DNA of 63,935 nt, the filler included, from Bigelowiella natans CCMP2755 (taxonomy: Eukaryota; Protista; Cercozoa): the NCBI GenBank assembly GCA_000320545.1. It is 7 parts of 7 records of this genome, joined end to end, with 100 filler letters (N's around TTAATTAATTAA, not from the genome) between each part and the next. Parts side by side here need not be neighbours in the genome. Positions count along the whole stretch, not along the records: positions 1 to 21,585 come from ADNK01001143.1; 6 more parts are not named here. The stretch is one strand, 5' to 3'. Both the position numbers and the translations under genes were made by a program. Of the stretch, positions 1 through 14,717 are shown one piece after another. Each line of letters starts with the position of its first letter. Within the stretch, counting starts at the first letter, position 1. A model generated the notes under the pieces. It was given only the letters and a program-made list of their open reading frames with translations. It made no database searches and had not been told where the DNA came from.

Positions 1-27
1 TGGTGTGGTGCTATTTATCCTGCTTAG

Positions 28-646
28 GTTGGCCAAGGTGCGGTGGAGTCGCTCTACCTGGGAGTTGGACTGAGCATAGTATACAGGTGAGGCATCAATC
101 TCCGCGCCCCTCCCCCCCCCTCGCTTACCCCATCACTAGAATTAAAAAAAAAAACACATATCCTTGCATTCCACATGTGCCTTGGTTTGCTCCATATACC
201 CTCATCACACCTTTAGCCGTGAGATATCCCTTTCTCTTCGACATCAAACGTAGCAAAGAGCTCTTTCATCGCTTTTGCATGTTGCATCACTCGAATGTCC
301 TGCTTTCTTCGGCTCCTGATGAGAGTGATGATGAAGGCAAGAGGGTGATGTCGCTGCTATAGATATGGTGGCGGACGTTGGACAGGTACTGCAACTCGTG
401 GAGCAAATTCTCATGCAGCATATATGAGGAATAAAAACGATATATCAAATCACGTATGCATACAACTGCAGTGAGCCGTAACACCTGAAGAGCTCGGCTT
501 CATGCTGTGGAATGCCCTAATGATTGAGAAAACACAACGATAACAACAATAACAACAACAACAACATCAACAAACAAACGTGAGCACAGAAAGCAGGTGT
601 GTAGCCGTACATTCCAGCATTTCGCTGTTGTCACTACACAACGAGG

Positions 647-711
<65 letters not shown>

Positions 712-1652
712 CTCTTCGAATCATGCGTAGCAATAGATGCAGGGAGTGCATTCGTGTCCAATCGACCATAAAGTCTTGCACAACCCGGTATTCCTGGTGA
801 AAGACAGTCATCAGGCGTGCGTTGGGAGAAGCAGCGGTTGGGCGATAATAAGCAACACCACCAAAAAAGGAGGAGACTTGGAGATTTGGAGAGCACCAAA
901 TGGAAGGATGCACGCGTTGTATAGGCAAACACACACAAACACGCACACAAATACAAACACGCGCGCGAGAGAAAGAGAAATGGGCGATTGGTAGATAGAT
1001 AGCAGGAACGAAAAAAAAAGGTTTGGTATGCATCATGCGCGTTCCTGTGCATATACACCTTCTGATATGGGGAGTGGGGAAGAATAGTAAGCAGGCCTTT
1101 GAGGTACTTTTCCAGAGCCGCACCTCGATTCTTAACGTCAAGACAATTGATTACTGTACTGTGCATTGCTGCCGTGAGCGAGCACTTAGCCGCACGCATC
1201 GTGCAACATAAGCGGAAGCTAGATGATATACTACCTTGATGAATTTTTCAGTCCTACTTCCGATGAACTTCTTGCCCGGAAATGGGGAGAGGCGTTGGAG
1301 ATTCTTGGTCTTTTTGTTGGATAATGCGTATTTTTTTGGGGCAATATTAAACAAAAAATGGGGATTTTTGTGCACAAATGCGCCTTCTAGAAGGTGTGAT
1401 AAAGAGAACCGAAAGCGGTAAGGAATCTCGATGATTTAATGTGGCCAGTTACATAGGCTTATATTATCCAAATTCGGTTGGCCAGATGTGGGATGTGCAA
1501 AACATGTGCTTTATCTAGCCGCTGCCGTTGTGGAGTGAGTGCATTGAATACGGAGAGGCCGACGCTGTAACAACATTGACTAGGTGTTCTACATACCGCA
1601 TCGATAATGGAGTTGTGGAGATTCAAAAGCTTGCTGTAGCGCACCATCAGCT
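28..1652 (+). CDS. Fragmentary multi-exon gene running in from the left edge, possibly GNAT-like acetyltransferase
   Basis: AG/GT-bounded exon-like pieces read VGQGAVESLYLGVGLSIVYR, LLEGVIKRTES and CSTYRIDNGVVEIQKLAVAHHQL. The last resembles a GNAT beta-strand motif (EIxxLAV). Exons not joined with certainty. Confidence 0.25.
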
Positions 1653-2810
1653 GTGTGTAGTGGGGGGGGATTGCAACTGTTAAATATATCCGTTTGTAAA
1701 GAAGGCCACAGGCGCAAGAAACCCATCTAACACACATGCTTTAATGCTAGAATGTTCATCTCGTAGTATGTTGAAGCCCATTCACCATCACCAAGTGTAC
1801 CTGAATTTGCCCCCATTCCTTATCCTTCCGATGCGTTACGAGAATCTTGTATCTTGTGTGTGTGGTAATGGCAAGGAAACAACCAAGTTTTAAACATATA
1901 TACATAAATCAACTCACGTGCTGTTGATCTCACTCGATATGCGAGGCTGTGGCCGGCGTGTGGAAGCTCGGAATTCGTACGTTGTAAGAGGACTCATATT
2001 CCATGTTTTTATCCTCTTTCCCCACCCGACCAGGTGGCGATCGAGGGAATCAGATATTAAGACGAATCGACTCCAAACACAAAAAATACTATGTGATTTG
2101 TATACTGCGACACGAATAAAGTATTTGTTTCAAAATCTAAATCGACGGCATTTTGAATGACGATTCCTGAGTTCTAGTTTCAAAGGATATTCGAAGACGC
2201 TCGTTGCTGTTTTTAAGTTCCAGGTTCATAAAAAATGCTCGCGATTTAACGCTTGAGACATCTTCTGAAATACAAATCGGCAGGTCGTAAGAACCAATTC
2301 GAGCGCTTAGAAACCATGGAAACACAGATTAGGAAAATTCCGTAAAAAACAAGTGTAATTTTGTTGTCGTCATCAAAAAACAACTAGTATTTCGCATGAA
2401 ATTGCAAGTGAGATGCCTAATTCGAGATACCCAGTTCTTCCCTGAAGCATGCCTCAACACATTCGTGCAATTCGTGCCGTTCTGCAAGTGATCCACCATG
2501 TCGTACATTGAAAATTGCGTTTTCCCTTAGCTTACATCGAATCTCAAGCAGGCCCAGGCGTTCGTTTCTCCTTCGCGCTCCCTCTTCCTTGCACGAGCAT
2601 TCAATCGAAGGGTAAATGTGTCCTGTTTATACATGTAGAGAAACAACCGATTCAGACGATATGTGGCGAACAGCGTTATCTAATTCCCAATTTCGGTTGA
2701 AACTAACAAGCTGAGACTCTGCCAATCATAAATTATGTTCTCATGTACTTTTTTTTCTTAGATTAGGCAGACAAATCGCAGTGTTTCTCCGAAAATAGCA
2801 CACCGAAACG

Positions 2811-3584
2811 ATGGGAATCTGTGCCTCAGCTGAGCCGCTTCCAACTGGCCCCGATAACGCGTCCATCGAAGCGCCGGAAGCAAGCAACACCCAAATGAAA
2901 AGGCCCTCGGTACTTCACCGTGCGGCCTGGAGTTGTCGAGAAAGCTACATCATTCTCATGTTTTCTCTGAAAAATACTTCTCCTTCCAAAATCCCTTCCC
3001 TCCCCCCCAAGCCAACCCTACTTTAACAATGGCTAATATTCCATCATACACAGGCGTTATCATCATCGCCAGCAGTAGCAGGTGTGCCCACGCTGCCCCC
3101 TCGGCGAAAAACCACGCAGCAGAATACGAATCCTTCTGTTTCAGAGCTTTCATCGCCTCCAACCCCCCGAAGACCATCAAAACGCACCAAGGGGGGAGAG
3201 AAAGCGAGGGAGGAGGGCCTTCCCGCAGCCTCTGCCTCTACTACCAAAACGCCTCGAGCGGAGAAAGGGGAGAAGCACAATAAAGAGACAGATGAAAGTA
3301 TTGAAGAAGAAAAGCAGACATCGGTTGGCGATGATGCGGAGCGTGAGAGTAAAATATCAAAGCTGAAGAAAAGCAATTCGGAGCTGCAGCTAAGACGCAC
3401 AACCACAGGAGGCCATCGTGTGCTGATAGGAAGCATTCGCCCTTTGGCCTCTTCCAGAGCAAACACACACCGGTAATCAAAGTCTCTGAATGCAGCTCTC
3501 CAGAACTCAAAAAGCCATCATTAGCAATATCACCATTATTGATGCCAGGAACAAATGGATGATCAATATCAGACTAATATACAA

Positions 3585-3637
<53 letters not shown>

Positions 3638-4485
3638 AGTGTGTGTGTGTGTGTTAGCTGATATTCTAATGTGACTTCTGTTTTTCCCAACACCGCTCCA
3701 ATCAAGCTGGAGTTCCCTTCGCAACATCAAATCCCTTGCATCCGAGCAGTTAACCGTCTTGTGGCAGGTAGTGTTCCAACAAATGCATGCTGAAGAGAGA
3801 GCAAACTCTTTTCCTTGATCCAGGCTTGAGACGGGGCCGTGTATGTGCGTGCGTGTTTAAGTGTGTGAGTGTAAGTGCGTGTGCAGCGTGTTTAAGTGTG
3901 TGAGTGTAAGTGTGTGTTTGTATCTATCGCTGCTGCTGCTGTATCCGTTAAACCATAAATCACTATCTATAGCTTCAGCGCTCATAATAGATGTCATATT
4001 CGATCATTCTGCGAACACTTTCCCCTCCTTTTCCTATACTCCCCTCTTAATGTGTTTCACACTCTGCGCTTTTCTCTCTCTATCTCTCGCTCTCTCTTTC
4101 TCTCCCTGCTTCCTCGTAGCGAGAAGACCAAGAATACGGATTTCTCAGTAAAGACGAGTACAAGAAGCTCGTCGTGGGACCGAGTACAGCTGCGCTGAAG
4201 AAAGTGCCCCCCCACGTGGTAATGATGACCACGTGTGCTTCTTAGCTTAGTAGCGAGGAGGAATCTAAAGGGACAAGGGTATTCGGTATTCTGTCAATTG
4301 CAGTTCTTCGGTTGATAGATTAAGGGGGTGGGGGGTTGGGGGGGGTGCAGGGTGGGGTGGCAAAATAAAACCGTTTATTTAATATCATATTGACAGCTTG
4401 TTATCGAGATCTTGGATTACATCAAGGCAAACAGGTTTTACGGATATTCTTGGCACGAATATACACACATCGGCATGTCACGCAC

Positions 4486-4534
<49 letters not shown>

Positions 4535-4953
4535 TACACACACGCATGGATCTTCGTACAAACGCACGCATAAAAATAAGTACTACCTCTTTTGCGAAAT
4601 GAGACTGCTTTGGTGTTCGGCTCGTTTTTGCTAATCACAAGGCTAAATCGGCCGCCTTTGAAGAAATGCATCTTTCAATTGAAGGTGGAGTCTAGTTGTG
4701 GTATCCATCTTCGGAAGACATACTTGACTGACATCATACGAATTGTCATATTCTCAGTTTTCCTTCTCTCCCTCTCTCTTTTTCCCACCTCTCCTTTTCC
4801 CTTTCAACTCAACTCAACCGCCCCCCCCCCTCTGCTTTTGCAAAGGATTATCTCCTCACCGATATATTTGCGGAGGAGTTCATCCATCAGGTAGGTGCTG
4901 TTCTCTTATATGATCGGTGGGAAAATGTGGAGATATGAAAACTCGAAATGGAT

Positions 4954-4984
<31 letters not shown>

Positions 4985-5513
4985 ACATATAATATTATGA
5001 AGAATCAAAATTGTGAAGAGAAGACTCTTTTAATGTAGCAATTGTCCGCTTGGTTGCTGCTACTACAGGACGGCATCGAAACGCTCTCAGAGCTGATGAC
5101 AGTGTCTCATGGCAACACGGTGCGTGATTGGAGGGGGGGGGGGAAGGCAGTTGAAAAAGGGAGAGAAATGTCTTCATTGCCTTTGGATATGCTGTGATTG
5201 TGTCAGAGTGTGTGTGTATGAAAGCTACAAGATCTTCTTTCCTATCGTATATAACCGAGAGTTTATGTACCATTTGGCTTTGTGACTCTCTGCACTCTTG
5301 CTCAGCATTCTAAAAATCTTGATGCACGACTGAAGAAAATGATTTACCCCCTTTATTTTCTGTCGGAAACAGGGAGCGTACGCTTTGGAATGCGTTATGA
5401 ACTGTGTTACGCTCGTAAGCGGCCTCGAGTACGCTACAATATAAGAGAGGGGGAAAGAGAGAGAGTGATTTTAACTCTTTTCTGCTCGAGGGAATTTATA
5501 TATAATATATATT

Positions 5514-5551
<38 letters not shown>

Positions 5552-6976
5552 TCATTTTTTGTTATTGTTGCTGCTATTTGGTAGATATGTATCGACAAGG
5601 AGCTCGGTTATTACAAAGCTGGTACTTTTCCTCAAAAGACTGCCCATTTATCCATAGTTCTCTCCTCACGTATCTCCTCTTCTCTCTGTTTCTCTTTCTC
5701 TCCCCTTTCTCATCAACAAGCTTCCAATTTCTCTGTCGCTCCCTCTCCCTTGTTGGCTTGTGTTTCGCATCGACGTTTTGAAGTATGGTGGTTTCTCTTT
5801 TTTTTTTAAGTGCTAAAATCATGCCTGAATGATTCGCACATTATTGCCTACAACATGTCCGACTCTCTGGCCCTAGGTTCACCTGCTCTTCTCGTCGTTC
5901 CAGAATGTTGTGCGCAACTCGTTGGTACTTTTGCTCACTCTCCACTCTATCCCAAGCTTTCCGAAAACCACCTTTGGAGAGAAATTCAGTGGTGGGATTG
6001 GGAACAATAAGTCACGATAAACTTCATTTTTTACTCTCTTATTATATTGAACAGCTTACACGTCTTCCCCCCTTCTTCCCCCGCTCTCCCTCCTCACCCC
6101 CTTTCTCTCTTTCACTCTCTCACACGTACTCTCCTCGTAAAAGGCACTTTTATTCGTCGTAGTCAAGCTCTCACCACAGGGGTATGTATGCTACTTGTTT
6201 CCTTCTTTCTTCTTTCGGTCTCTCGTCTCATTCCATCGTAAATTCTTACTCCTTCCCCCTCCCTCCTCGCCTTTCTTTCTGAGCTATTGCAACATCGCAT
6301 CATTGAATTGTGTAAATTTATGAGTTGTTGGTTTTGGTTATCTTACGTATTAGTTGTTGTTCTTTTTGTTGTTGTTGTTTTGGGGGGGAACGAATGATTG
6401 CCAAAGCTTCGGACAGACCACTGGAGCCCTGGCTGCTCTCTCCGACAGTCAATTCAACGATATTGTAAGTGCGAGAGCATTGGATCTTTACTAGAAAGGA
6501 AATAAGAATTTGAAGTCATTGCGTGTAAGCGGGAATACCTTAGACTACGTCGTACATAGTTTTAATCATACTCAATAGCTATTTTCCGAAAAGGGTGATG
6601 AATCGGAGAAAGGATTTGTTTCGCATGATAAAGATTAGTATGAAGTTTTCATCTCTATCTTCAAGGTTGTTCACAACGTGCATGGTCTCCCGAGCACAGA
6701 GCTGCAAAATTTGCTGAGGTCGACAGTTCCATTAGGCACGCCACCCTATTACTTCCAAACATATCTTTCTCGATATAGATGCGCGCATATACCTAATAGC
6801 GAATAAACATTGGAGAACTTGTATGAATTTTATGCGTCATGTATCATCTATTATGACTTTGGTTGTTGATTTTGCCTCCTCTAACAGTCCTTTAGATGAC
6901 TTGATCTCCCACTGGAAGCTCGTTGATCTTGCTGGGAGTGGTGATATCGGTAGAATTACGCCGAAGATATACTGAT

Positions 6977-7019
<43 letters not shown>

Positions 7020-7669
7020 CGACGATGACGATAACGAGAACAATGGTGTTGATGATATAGAAGAAGAAAGAAGAGGAATAATGTGATGACAATAAGGAAC
7101 ATGAAGAAGAAGATTATAGCATCGAGAGGCAGCTGAGTTGAAAGGGAAGGGCGTCTCTGTAGCATGCTCTAATGCAATGCTTAACCGTCCAGATACAGCG
7201 ACAAACGCAGTGACCCTGTTAAACGTGTTGCTTGAGCAGTGCGAATCGGGAGAACAACAGGTACAATTAGCGTCATGCATCATCTACTACGACGCTATTA
7301 CCTATGGTGGAAGAAGAAAAGAAGACGATGGATGAATTGAGGTCGCGACTCACGTTCGCCGGTGCACTGTTTCTAAGCTGCTTCGTTCGGTGCTCGAACG
7401 ATCTGTTTGATCCAGGAAAAGTACATTTTGGCCTGGGGGCACATGGGGCTCTTTGAGAAGATTGAGAGAAGCAACGTAATCATACATGCTCTATCGTCTT
7501 AGTCAGTTGTTGTGTCTCTATTCCCTGTAGAATTTTTTTGCAACGGGTGTTCGGCGTTCTTTGCTAGCGACTATTATCATAATAGTTAGAGCATCGATAC
7601 AAAGCCAGTAGCCAGTACGACGCTGATTATGATGTGTGCGCGTGGTAACTTTAGACTTTTATATGCATT

Positions 7670-7703
<34 letters not shown>

Positions 7704-8226
7704 TTCTTGCTAAAACTGAATTACTTCATAAACGTGCAACGAAAATACAATAGGTATCTGACGAGACCTTTCGAATCCAGACGCAGGTAGCCAAAACAAC
7801 AGCAATGCAATAACTATAAGAACAGCTTTTATGAGAGTAACAAAGCTACTGCTTGATCACAATAGACATTAAGGCTCTGCTGATGAGAATACTCGGCCGG
7901 AGACACTGAGCTTAATAGTACTTCTCTCCCTCCCCACTTGTCTCCCCCCAATACCTCCTTCTTCAGGCGTTCCGCGATTTTTGCTGTGATGCAATCGAGA
8001 TCGATCCAAAATACATCCAACTTCGAGTTCTTACCCATAGGTAGCTTGGCCGTGGGCATAGCAGTGAGAGTGTGAGCATCAATCATATAGGCGAAATTAG
8101 TGCCTCTCACCTACAACGAGACCAGCCGTTTTCTTGAGTGTGCACGCGTGTTGGTACATGATATAATGCCTTTTCTCAGGGTGTTTGATTTGGAGGCGAA
8201 ACTCGACAAACTTGGCAATGGTAGTT

Positions 8227-8257
<31 letters not shown>

Positions 8258-8898
8258 GAATCCGATTGCGTGGAAAATTCAATTGATAGAAGCGAAGACT
8301 AATGATGCGTACATTGATGTGTCGTTGTTTATCAGAGCGAGAGTTCGTTCTCCGAGACCGCCAATACATGGTAATGCTGATTCACAGAGAACGCGCAGTT
8401 ACGATGAATCTGCCTAATGAGAAATTAGCGTTAGCACCTCTTCCAGCTATATTTGTTTCATAAGAACTCCGCAAGTTTAATACGCCCTTTTACAATGCCG
8501 AGAGCGCATGCGCAGGAAGGAGGGGGTGGCATGTAACATCGACGAAGGAATGCTGCCTTGAGATGGAGAAAGGGTTGAAGTTAAAAGAACATACAACATT
8601 TTTTTATGAATTCTAAGGTCCATAAGCTTAAAACCCAAACGGCAGAAATGGCGAGGGCGATGCGAAAGGTACGCTAAATCAGAGAGCAGTGCGCGCGGTT
8701 TGCATTTCAATGATCCTACGTTATTTGAACCGTAGGCGCAAGAGAAGGAGCTGCCATTCGCCTGCATTCAACCCCGACACGAAAGCAGAGTAGTCGTTGA
8801 CAATGATTCTAGGTCGTATAAACAAAGGGCTAGGCTGTGAGAAAAATATGTGTGTTTTTGAGCGTTTTAGCATGTGCTTTAGTGTGAATGTGCGTGGA

Positions 8899-8935
<37 letters not shown>

Positions 8936-11546
8936 ACGGTCACATGTTAGTCTGATTCTAGACCAGTTGCTAATCACTTATTATGGAAATTAATGGACGA
9001 TGATAACACCCACAGACGCCTCACAGAACTGCCAGAATACGACAAATGGTAATACTTACAGCTACTCTTAGATGCATGGAGATATCTCCCGCCCATATCC
9101 CGCGATCAACACGCGCGCAAAGACGCCTTTAAAGCAAGGAAAACAAATGTTCAAATTGAAATTGTCATTAATTCCTAACCTTCACGTCCTTTGCTAGGGC
9201 AACGGAAGCTCTCGTCCGCAGCGCTCGCTTGATGAAACGTGAGATGAAGACGACTCGAAGGTGTGAGCGTGTGAGCGTGTGAGCGTGTGTGTGTGTGTGT
9301 GTGTTTCCAAGCCATATTGCTTCGTTGAGGATGCCCTTTAACGTGATCCATCTCGTATAGTATAAGCCTTTCTACACATGCATAGCGTATTCGCTACATC
9401 ACAGAAACGCAAAACGTGTCCTTGTATACATGTATGCATGCACGTGAGTGTGTACACGTATATATTGTCCAAAACAGTGCCATTGCTGGAATGCGCTCCA
9501 AGAGAGATGACCTCAAAGCTGAAACTAAGGTCCCGGTGCTCACGCTTTCCAAAATCACTTTTGAACAGAAATGAGAACGTCTACACATAGCGAATAGCGA
9601 GTTCGGGGGTGCTGCCATATGGACACTACCAGTTGAATTTTACGTGTCGTTCTTCTTCTACCTCTAGTAATCGTTGTGTGCAAACTCGCACGATTGGATT
9701 CTCTCCCATTGTTCTTTCTTCTCTTTTATTCTTAGAAACTCTCCGAAGAGCTTGAAGCGGCGACCGAAGAAAGCGCTTCCGTCGCAAAGGTAATTACGTA
9801 AATAGTATATGTAATATATATTACAATGCACATTTTTAAAAGATAATTAAAAAATTCATCCTTCGTTTGCATATTTGAATGGAACTATCGGTGATGCTGC
9901 ATCTGCATTGTTGTTGTTATGGATATATTCGCAGAAACACAATGAGCTGAAGGAACGACATGATAAACTTTTCCCGGAGTATGAGGAAGTCAAGGTAGAT
10001 GCACATATTATATGATTTGTGATAGAGGCCATCCTCCTCTTCGCCGGTTTGATGTTAGATTCAGTCCGTGAATGTTGTGTATAACAAATGCAGTTGTTGA
10101 TTTATATTGTCAAAGCGTCTTAATATGTAGATATGTTCTCGCTGCTATCACCATCATCACCATCATCATCATTTTCATCATTATCGTCATTACATAGAGA
10201 AAGGAAGAAGATACCAGCATGGAACTGAATGCAGTGGAGACGAATGCTGCGGAGCTTAGCGAGGCAAAGTCCCTAGTTTTCAAGTCACTCGGTTGATATA
10301 CAATAGAATAAATTTGAAAGAAGGATCTTGATTGAATGTATATAGAATATAGGCGTGAACGCCAATGTTGCATGCGCTTAAGATAGTTTTTAGGTTATTT
10401 TTAATCTACTTTGTTTTTTCCCTCTAACATATTATCCATTCAGTACAATTACACGAGCATCCCCCCCCACCCCACACACACACACATTCACAAACACGCA
10501 TACACAAACATCAAACATCGCATACTTCAGAGCAACTTAAAACTGGGGAGGAAAAGGAGCTCAAGAAGATCGAGGAGAAACTTGCATTCTTATCGTCGGA
10601 GGAGGTCCCGAGGATGCTCATATGATTTCGCCTTGTGCATGGATGAGGGGTGTGCTATCTTTGCAATGCTGTAATGATGATGAACTACAGATCGCGGAGA
10701 AGAAGATCCTTTCTCTCCGACTTGAGCTGGAGACGATGCTAATCAGGAAGAAGGGGGGGAGTAAGCGAGAAGATAGCAATGTAATATATTACTAGGACAG
10801 AATTTATTTGTGTATACTCCGACACATATTCGTCGCAATGAAACACGCACGCGCCTACACACGAAGTATGTATAAGCTAATAGCCAGCACTCTTCGTTTC
10901 TCATTTCTTGCAGAAGGAGTGAAGACAGAGAAGACGGATATGGAGAGGGGAGGGGGGGAAAGGACAAGAGATAAACATAAAAACAACCACAAAATATAAC
11001 CGAGCAAGCTCTGCACTCTCATAACAATTTTCAGGCGGCACAGGTAAATGAGAAGGATATTAACACCTCTTCATCTACTGAGATACCTCCTGTCCCAGGT
11101 CTAAAGAAATATATATTATCATTAGTGCTTCCGCACAGCACGACGTCCGCCCCGTCTCTCCCTGCCCCTCCCCTTAATAGATAAACGCCCCAATGCGCAG
11201 TTCATTCGTTTTGGAAGCTTCAGCTTCAACCAAAACAACTCATCCTTTCAAATAAATCGCTACGAGTGCCGGGTGCGGATCGCGGGTTATGCCCCTGACA
11301 CAAATAATCTCGTAATACATTCCGTAATTCTTTCTCAGAAGGCGCTATACCACCACCACCAGTACTAGGAGGGGTTCCTCTGCCTCCGGCACATTTATCA
11401 GGAATCCCCCCCCCCCCAGGAGAGTTAGCAGGAGTTCCTCCACCACCAGGACTTGGAGGCGGCATTCCGCCACCGCCGGGATCTGCTTCAGGTGTTATTC
11501 CTACTAGTAGTGGATAGGAGGCAGCATGCACGCACGCACATATATA

Positions 11547-11581
<35 letters not shown>

Positions 11582-11996
11582 CATTGTATAATTTTCTACT
11601 AACTGTCCTTTCTACGCTCCAGGTGTCCTCCCCCCCCCTCCGATGTTGATGCCCGGTGGACTTCTCTCCAAAGGGAGTGCGAGTACCAAAACGAAACCGA
11701 CAAAGCCAAAGGTTCTATACATGCGCGTTTGGAAAAACCATATAGGAGGCGTACTTCACAGCGTTTTTTAGCATGAATCTCCTCCTTAAATTAGCAAATT
11801 GATACATTTTTTATCTTGCTTTGTTTTGAATTTGCGGTGGATAATCTATTCGGTGAAGATTACACCAAAAAAGAAGATGCGGCCGTTGTTCTGGAAGCCT
11901 ATAATCGTTTCTATGGTAAGTGAAAAGTATTAATGAAGGCTGACCAAACGCTACATCGATGTGCTTTATAGTGTCTTTGGGTATTCCTTTCATTCC

Positions 11997-12039
<43 letters not shown>

Positions 12040-12106
12040 CTTAACTTTTTCTTTTCCCTGATACGTCCTCGGCAATTGTCCTTTTCTTGGAATAGGTAGC
12101 CTCACA

Positions 12107-12143
<37 letters not shown>

Positions 12144-12250
12144 ATATTCATAAGCCCTATCTATCCTCTTCCGCAGACTAACAATGAGAAGAAGCAGAAG
12201 AAAGAAAACGCTACTGCAAATGATCCAATAGAAGATGACGATTTATGTAA

Positions 12251-12291
<41 letters not shown>

Positions 12292-13158
12292 GTGGAATCA
12301 GACATGTTACTAATAGTTTTAATCACTGCCGCTACTTCCCCTTCCCCCCACCGCCAAAAATTAAATATTGTCTTTGTAATTTGATACACTTGGCGAAACA
12401 CGTTTTCCTCAGCCCCCACTATTTGGCACAAACTGACTCTTCCCTCCCTCGACGAAGAGGCGCTTCTTTCAAAGTAACGCGTGATTTGTATTGATTGACT
12501 TACTTCACTCTATTCAAGAGGGGCATTCTCATACCCTCCGGATTCAAACCAATAAGCATAAACTGCACGTTTCCAACACGATCGTGTTCTTTCAGGTTCT
12601 CTAAGATGGGCCCCTCCAAGCCAGGTATTCAAGAATAGAGCACACAGGTTTTCCCCCTTCAAAGGCCGATGCATATCTACTCAGGGGGACAACTAAAGCA
12701 TATATAAGCGTTTTTCATTTATGCGATGTGGCTGTGCGTTTTCGATGATAAAGGGAAAATATGTCTAATCCGTTCTTGCGGTGTGAACGTGTGCATTAGT
12801 AAAAGCAGCCAACCAAGACAAACGTTCAAATCGAAGTCGGAAGGTCCATACCGTGATAAAACAATCGAAATTTTCTAGGCACAATCCAATATATAATTTT
12901 TTTATTCTAACACCGTAAAAGCAAGATAACACATGTATTGGTTTCTATTATTCCAGAGACAAATCGTACGCATACTGGACTCAAAGCGATCCAACCAGCT
13001 TGCTATCATGGCCTCCCAGGTGCAGCAAAAGTGCCTCGAAAGTGAAGTGTTACTTTCGTTTGGTACAGCAATCATATCGGCTTTTTGAGTTTCAATAAAC
13101 TTATTGTACACATATCATTTTTCGCCGATAGCTGGCGGATTCAATACGTACCGTATCT

Positions 13159-13201
<43 letters not shown>

Positions 13202-13589
13202 AATTTCGTGTGTTAATTTATGTTTATGGATGTGCGTATCTACGCGACGTCCTTCCTGTATTTTGTAAAAACAGCTTCCTTCGATTGACGAAACACGCAT
13301 TGCCATCATCGAGATGGACCAAAAGGTGCGATTACAGTAGCGAGGAAGCTTTCATCTTTGCACAGGAGCGCAATTGTATCAGCCATGCGAAGCGAATTAT
13401 GATTGTATACTTTTCCATACGTTCGCACCTTTTATTGCTGACGGGGAGAAAATGTTTTCGGGGCTATTTAATCTTTCAGTTGGTACGATTCACAAATTGA
13501 TTTAAGGGGGGCGAGAAAGTTTGATGGACAGGGCTGCTTATTTTACGCAATCAGAATGCTAGGAACATGTTTACGATGTACACATATAC

Positions 13590-13626
<37 letters not shown>

Positions 13627-14679
13627 TTAAAACGACTCGAGAGAATCATTGATTCATTCCCATCTTCAATACCACAGACGTTAAATGAAGGGAAGATTGC
13701 AAAGATTCTTGGCAGGTGATTTGACGTAATAAGAGAATAAGAGAGCAAATCATGATAACAGTGGACGTGCTACATGTAGTAGTTTGGTTCTTACATTATC
13801 CGTTTGCTCTCTGAGACCTACCTTTGATTTTATTGTTACAATCCGACACATTCAGTATGGCAAGTGTGGAGGAAATAACAGCGATAAAAGTAGAGAATCA
13901 GCATTCAAGCAAATGCGATGATGCAGCTTTTGCTGCTGGTTTAGTAGTAGTTATCTGCCCCTTTGATGCTGCTTTGGTTATTTCATTGCGCAATGTCGAT
14001 GAGATGATGAATGATTTGTACCGACAAAATATATGACATCTGTGTCGCACATACTCGGATACTTATGAAGATGTTAATTTTTTGATTTATTACTTTTTAG
14101 ATGTATTGAATAGGCTGTTATCCTTCAAATATCTAATTATTTTTATGTCTACCACGTTGTTGCAAGGATGCAGATGGAGAGGATGTGAATCTAGATAAAC
14201 CCGAACGGTATTGCGCTTTTAGAGCACTACAGATCGCCCCCGCACACACATGTAGGCTAGGTTGGAAGTCAGAAGATACTCTCAAAGATGCCTGTATGCC
14301 ATTGTCATTTGTGCGGGTCTGTATGCGTACGTGTGTGTATGTGTGCGGGTGTGAATGTAGATGTGATTCCAGCATCTCCTTGCCATCCATCATCACCAAA
14401 TCTGATGCCAAACTGCAGATAAATTTCCCAACTCTACCCCTCCCCTCTCCTCAGGTTCTGCCTGATGCTTGCATCAATTCCGTCGGTGGGAGAACGACTC
14501 AAATCTTGGCACATGGCTATTCTCATCCCGGACGAAGCCTACGAGTGGAATACTTACGTGAGGCGGTTAAGAAAGGTATGTGAGGAACTCAGGCAAAGCA
14601 AGGACTTGAAACGCTTGTTCGGGGCTATCTTGGCGATCGGAAACTACGTTAATGGAGGGTATGTGGAGATGCGTGAATG

Positions 14680-14717
<38 letters not shown>

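Noticed and set aside
500-1199. Long ORFs such as 500-1141 and 567-1199 and many similar YIYIYI/CVCVCV/HTHTHT/ERERER ORFs across the window
   Set aside because: They are open only because they run through stop-free dinucleotide microsatellites in introns; not proteins.
11226-11531. Minus-strand Gly-rich ORF (GGGGMPPPSPGGGG)
   Set aside because: Antisense of the formin poly-proline FH1 exon.
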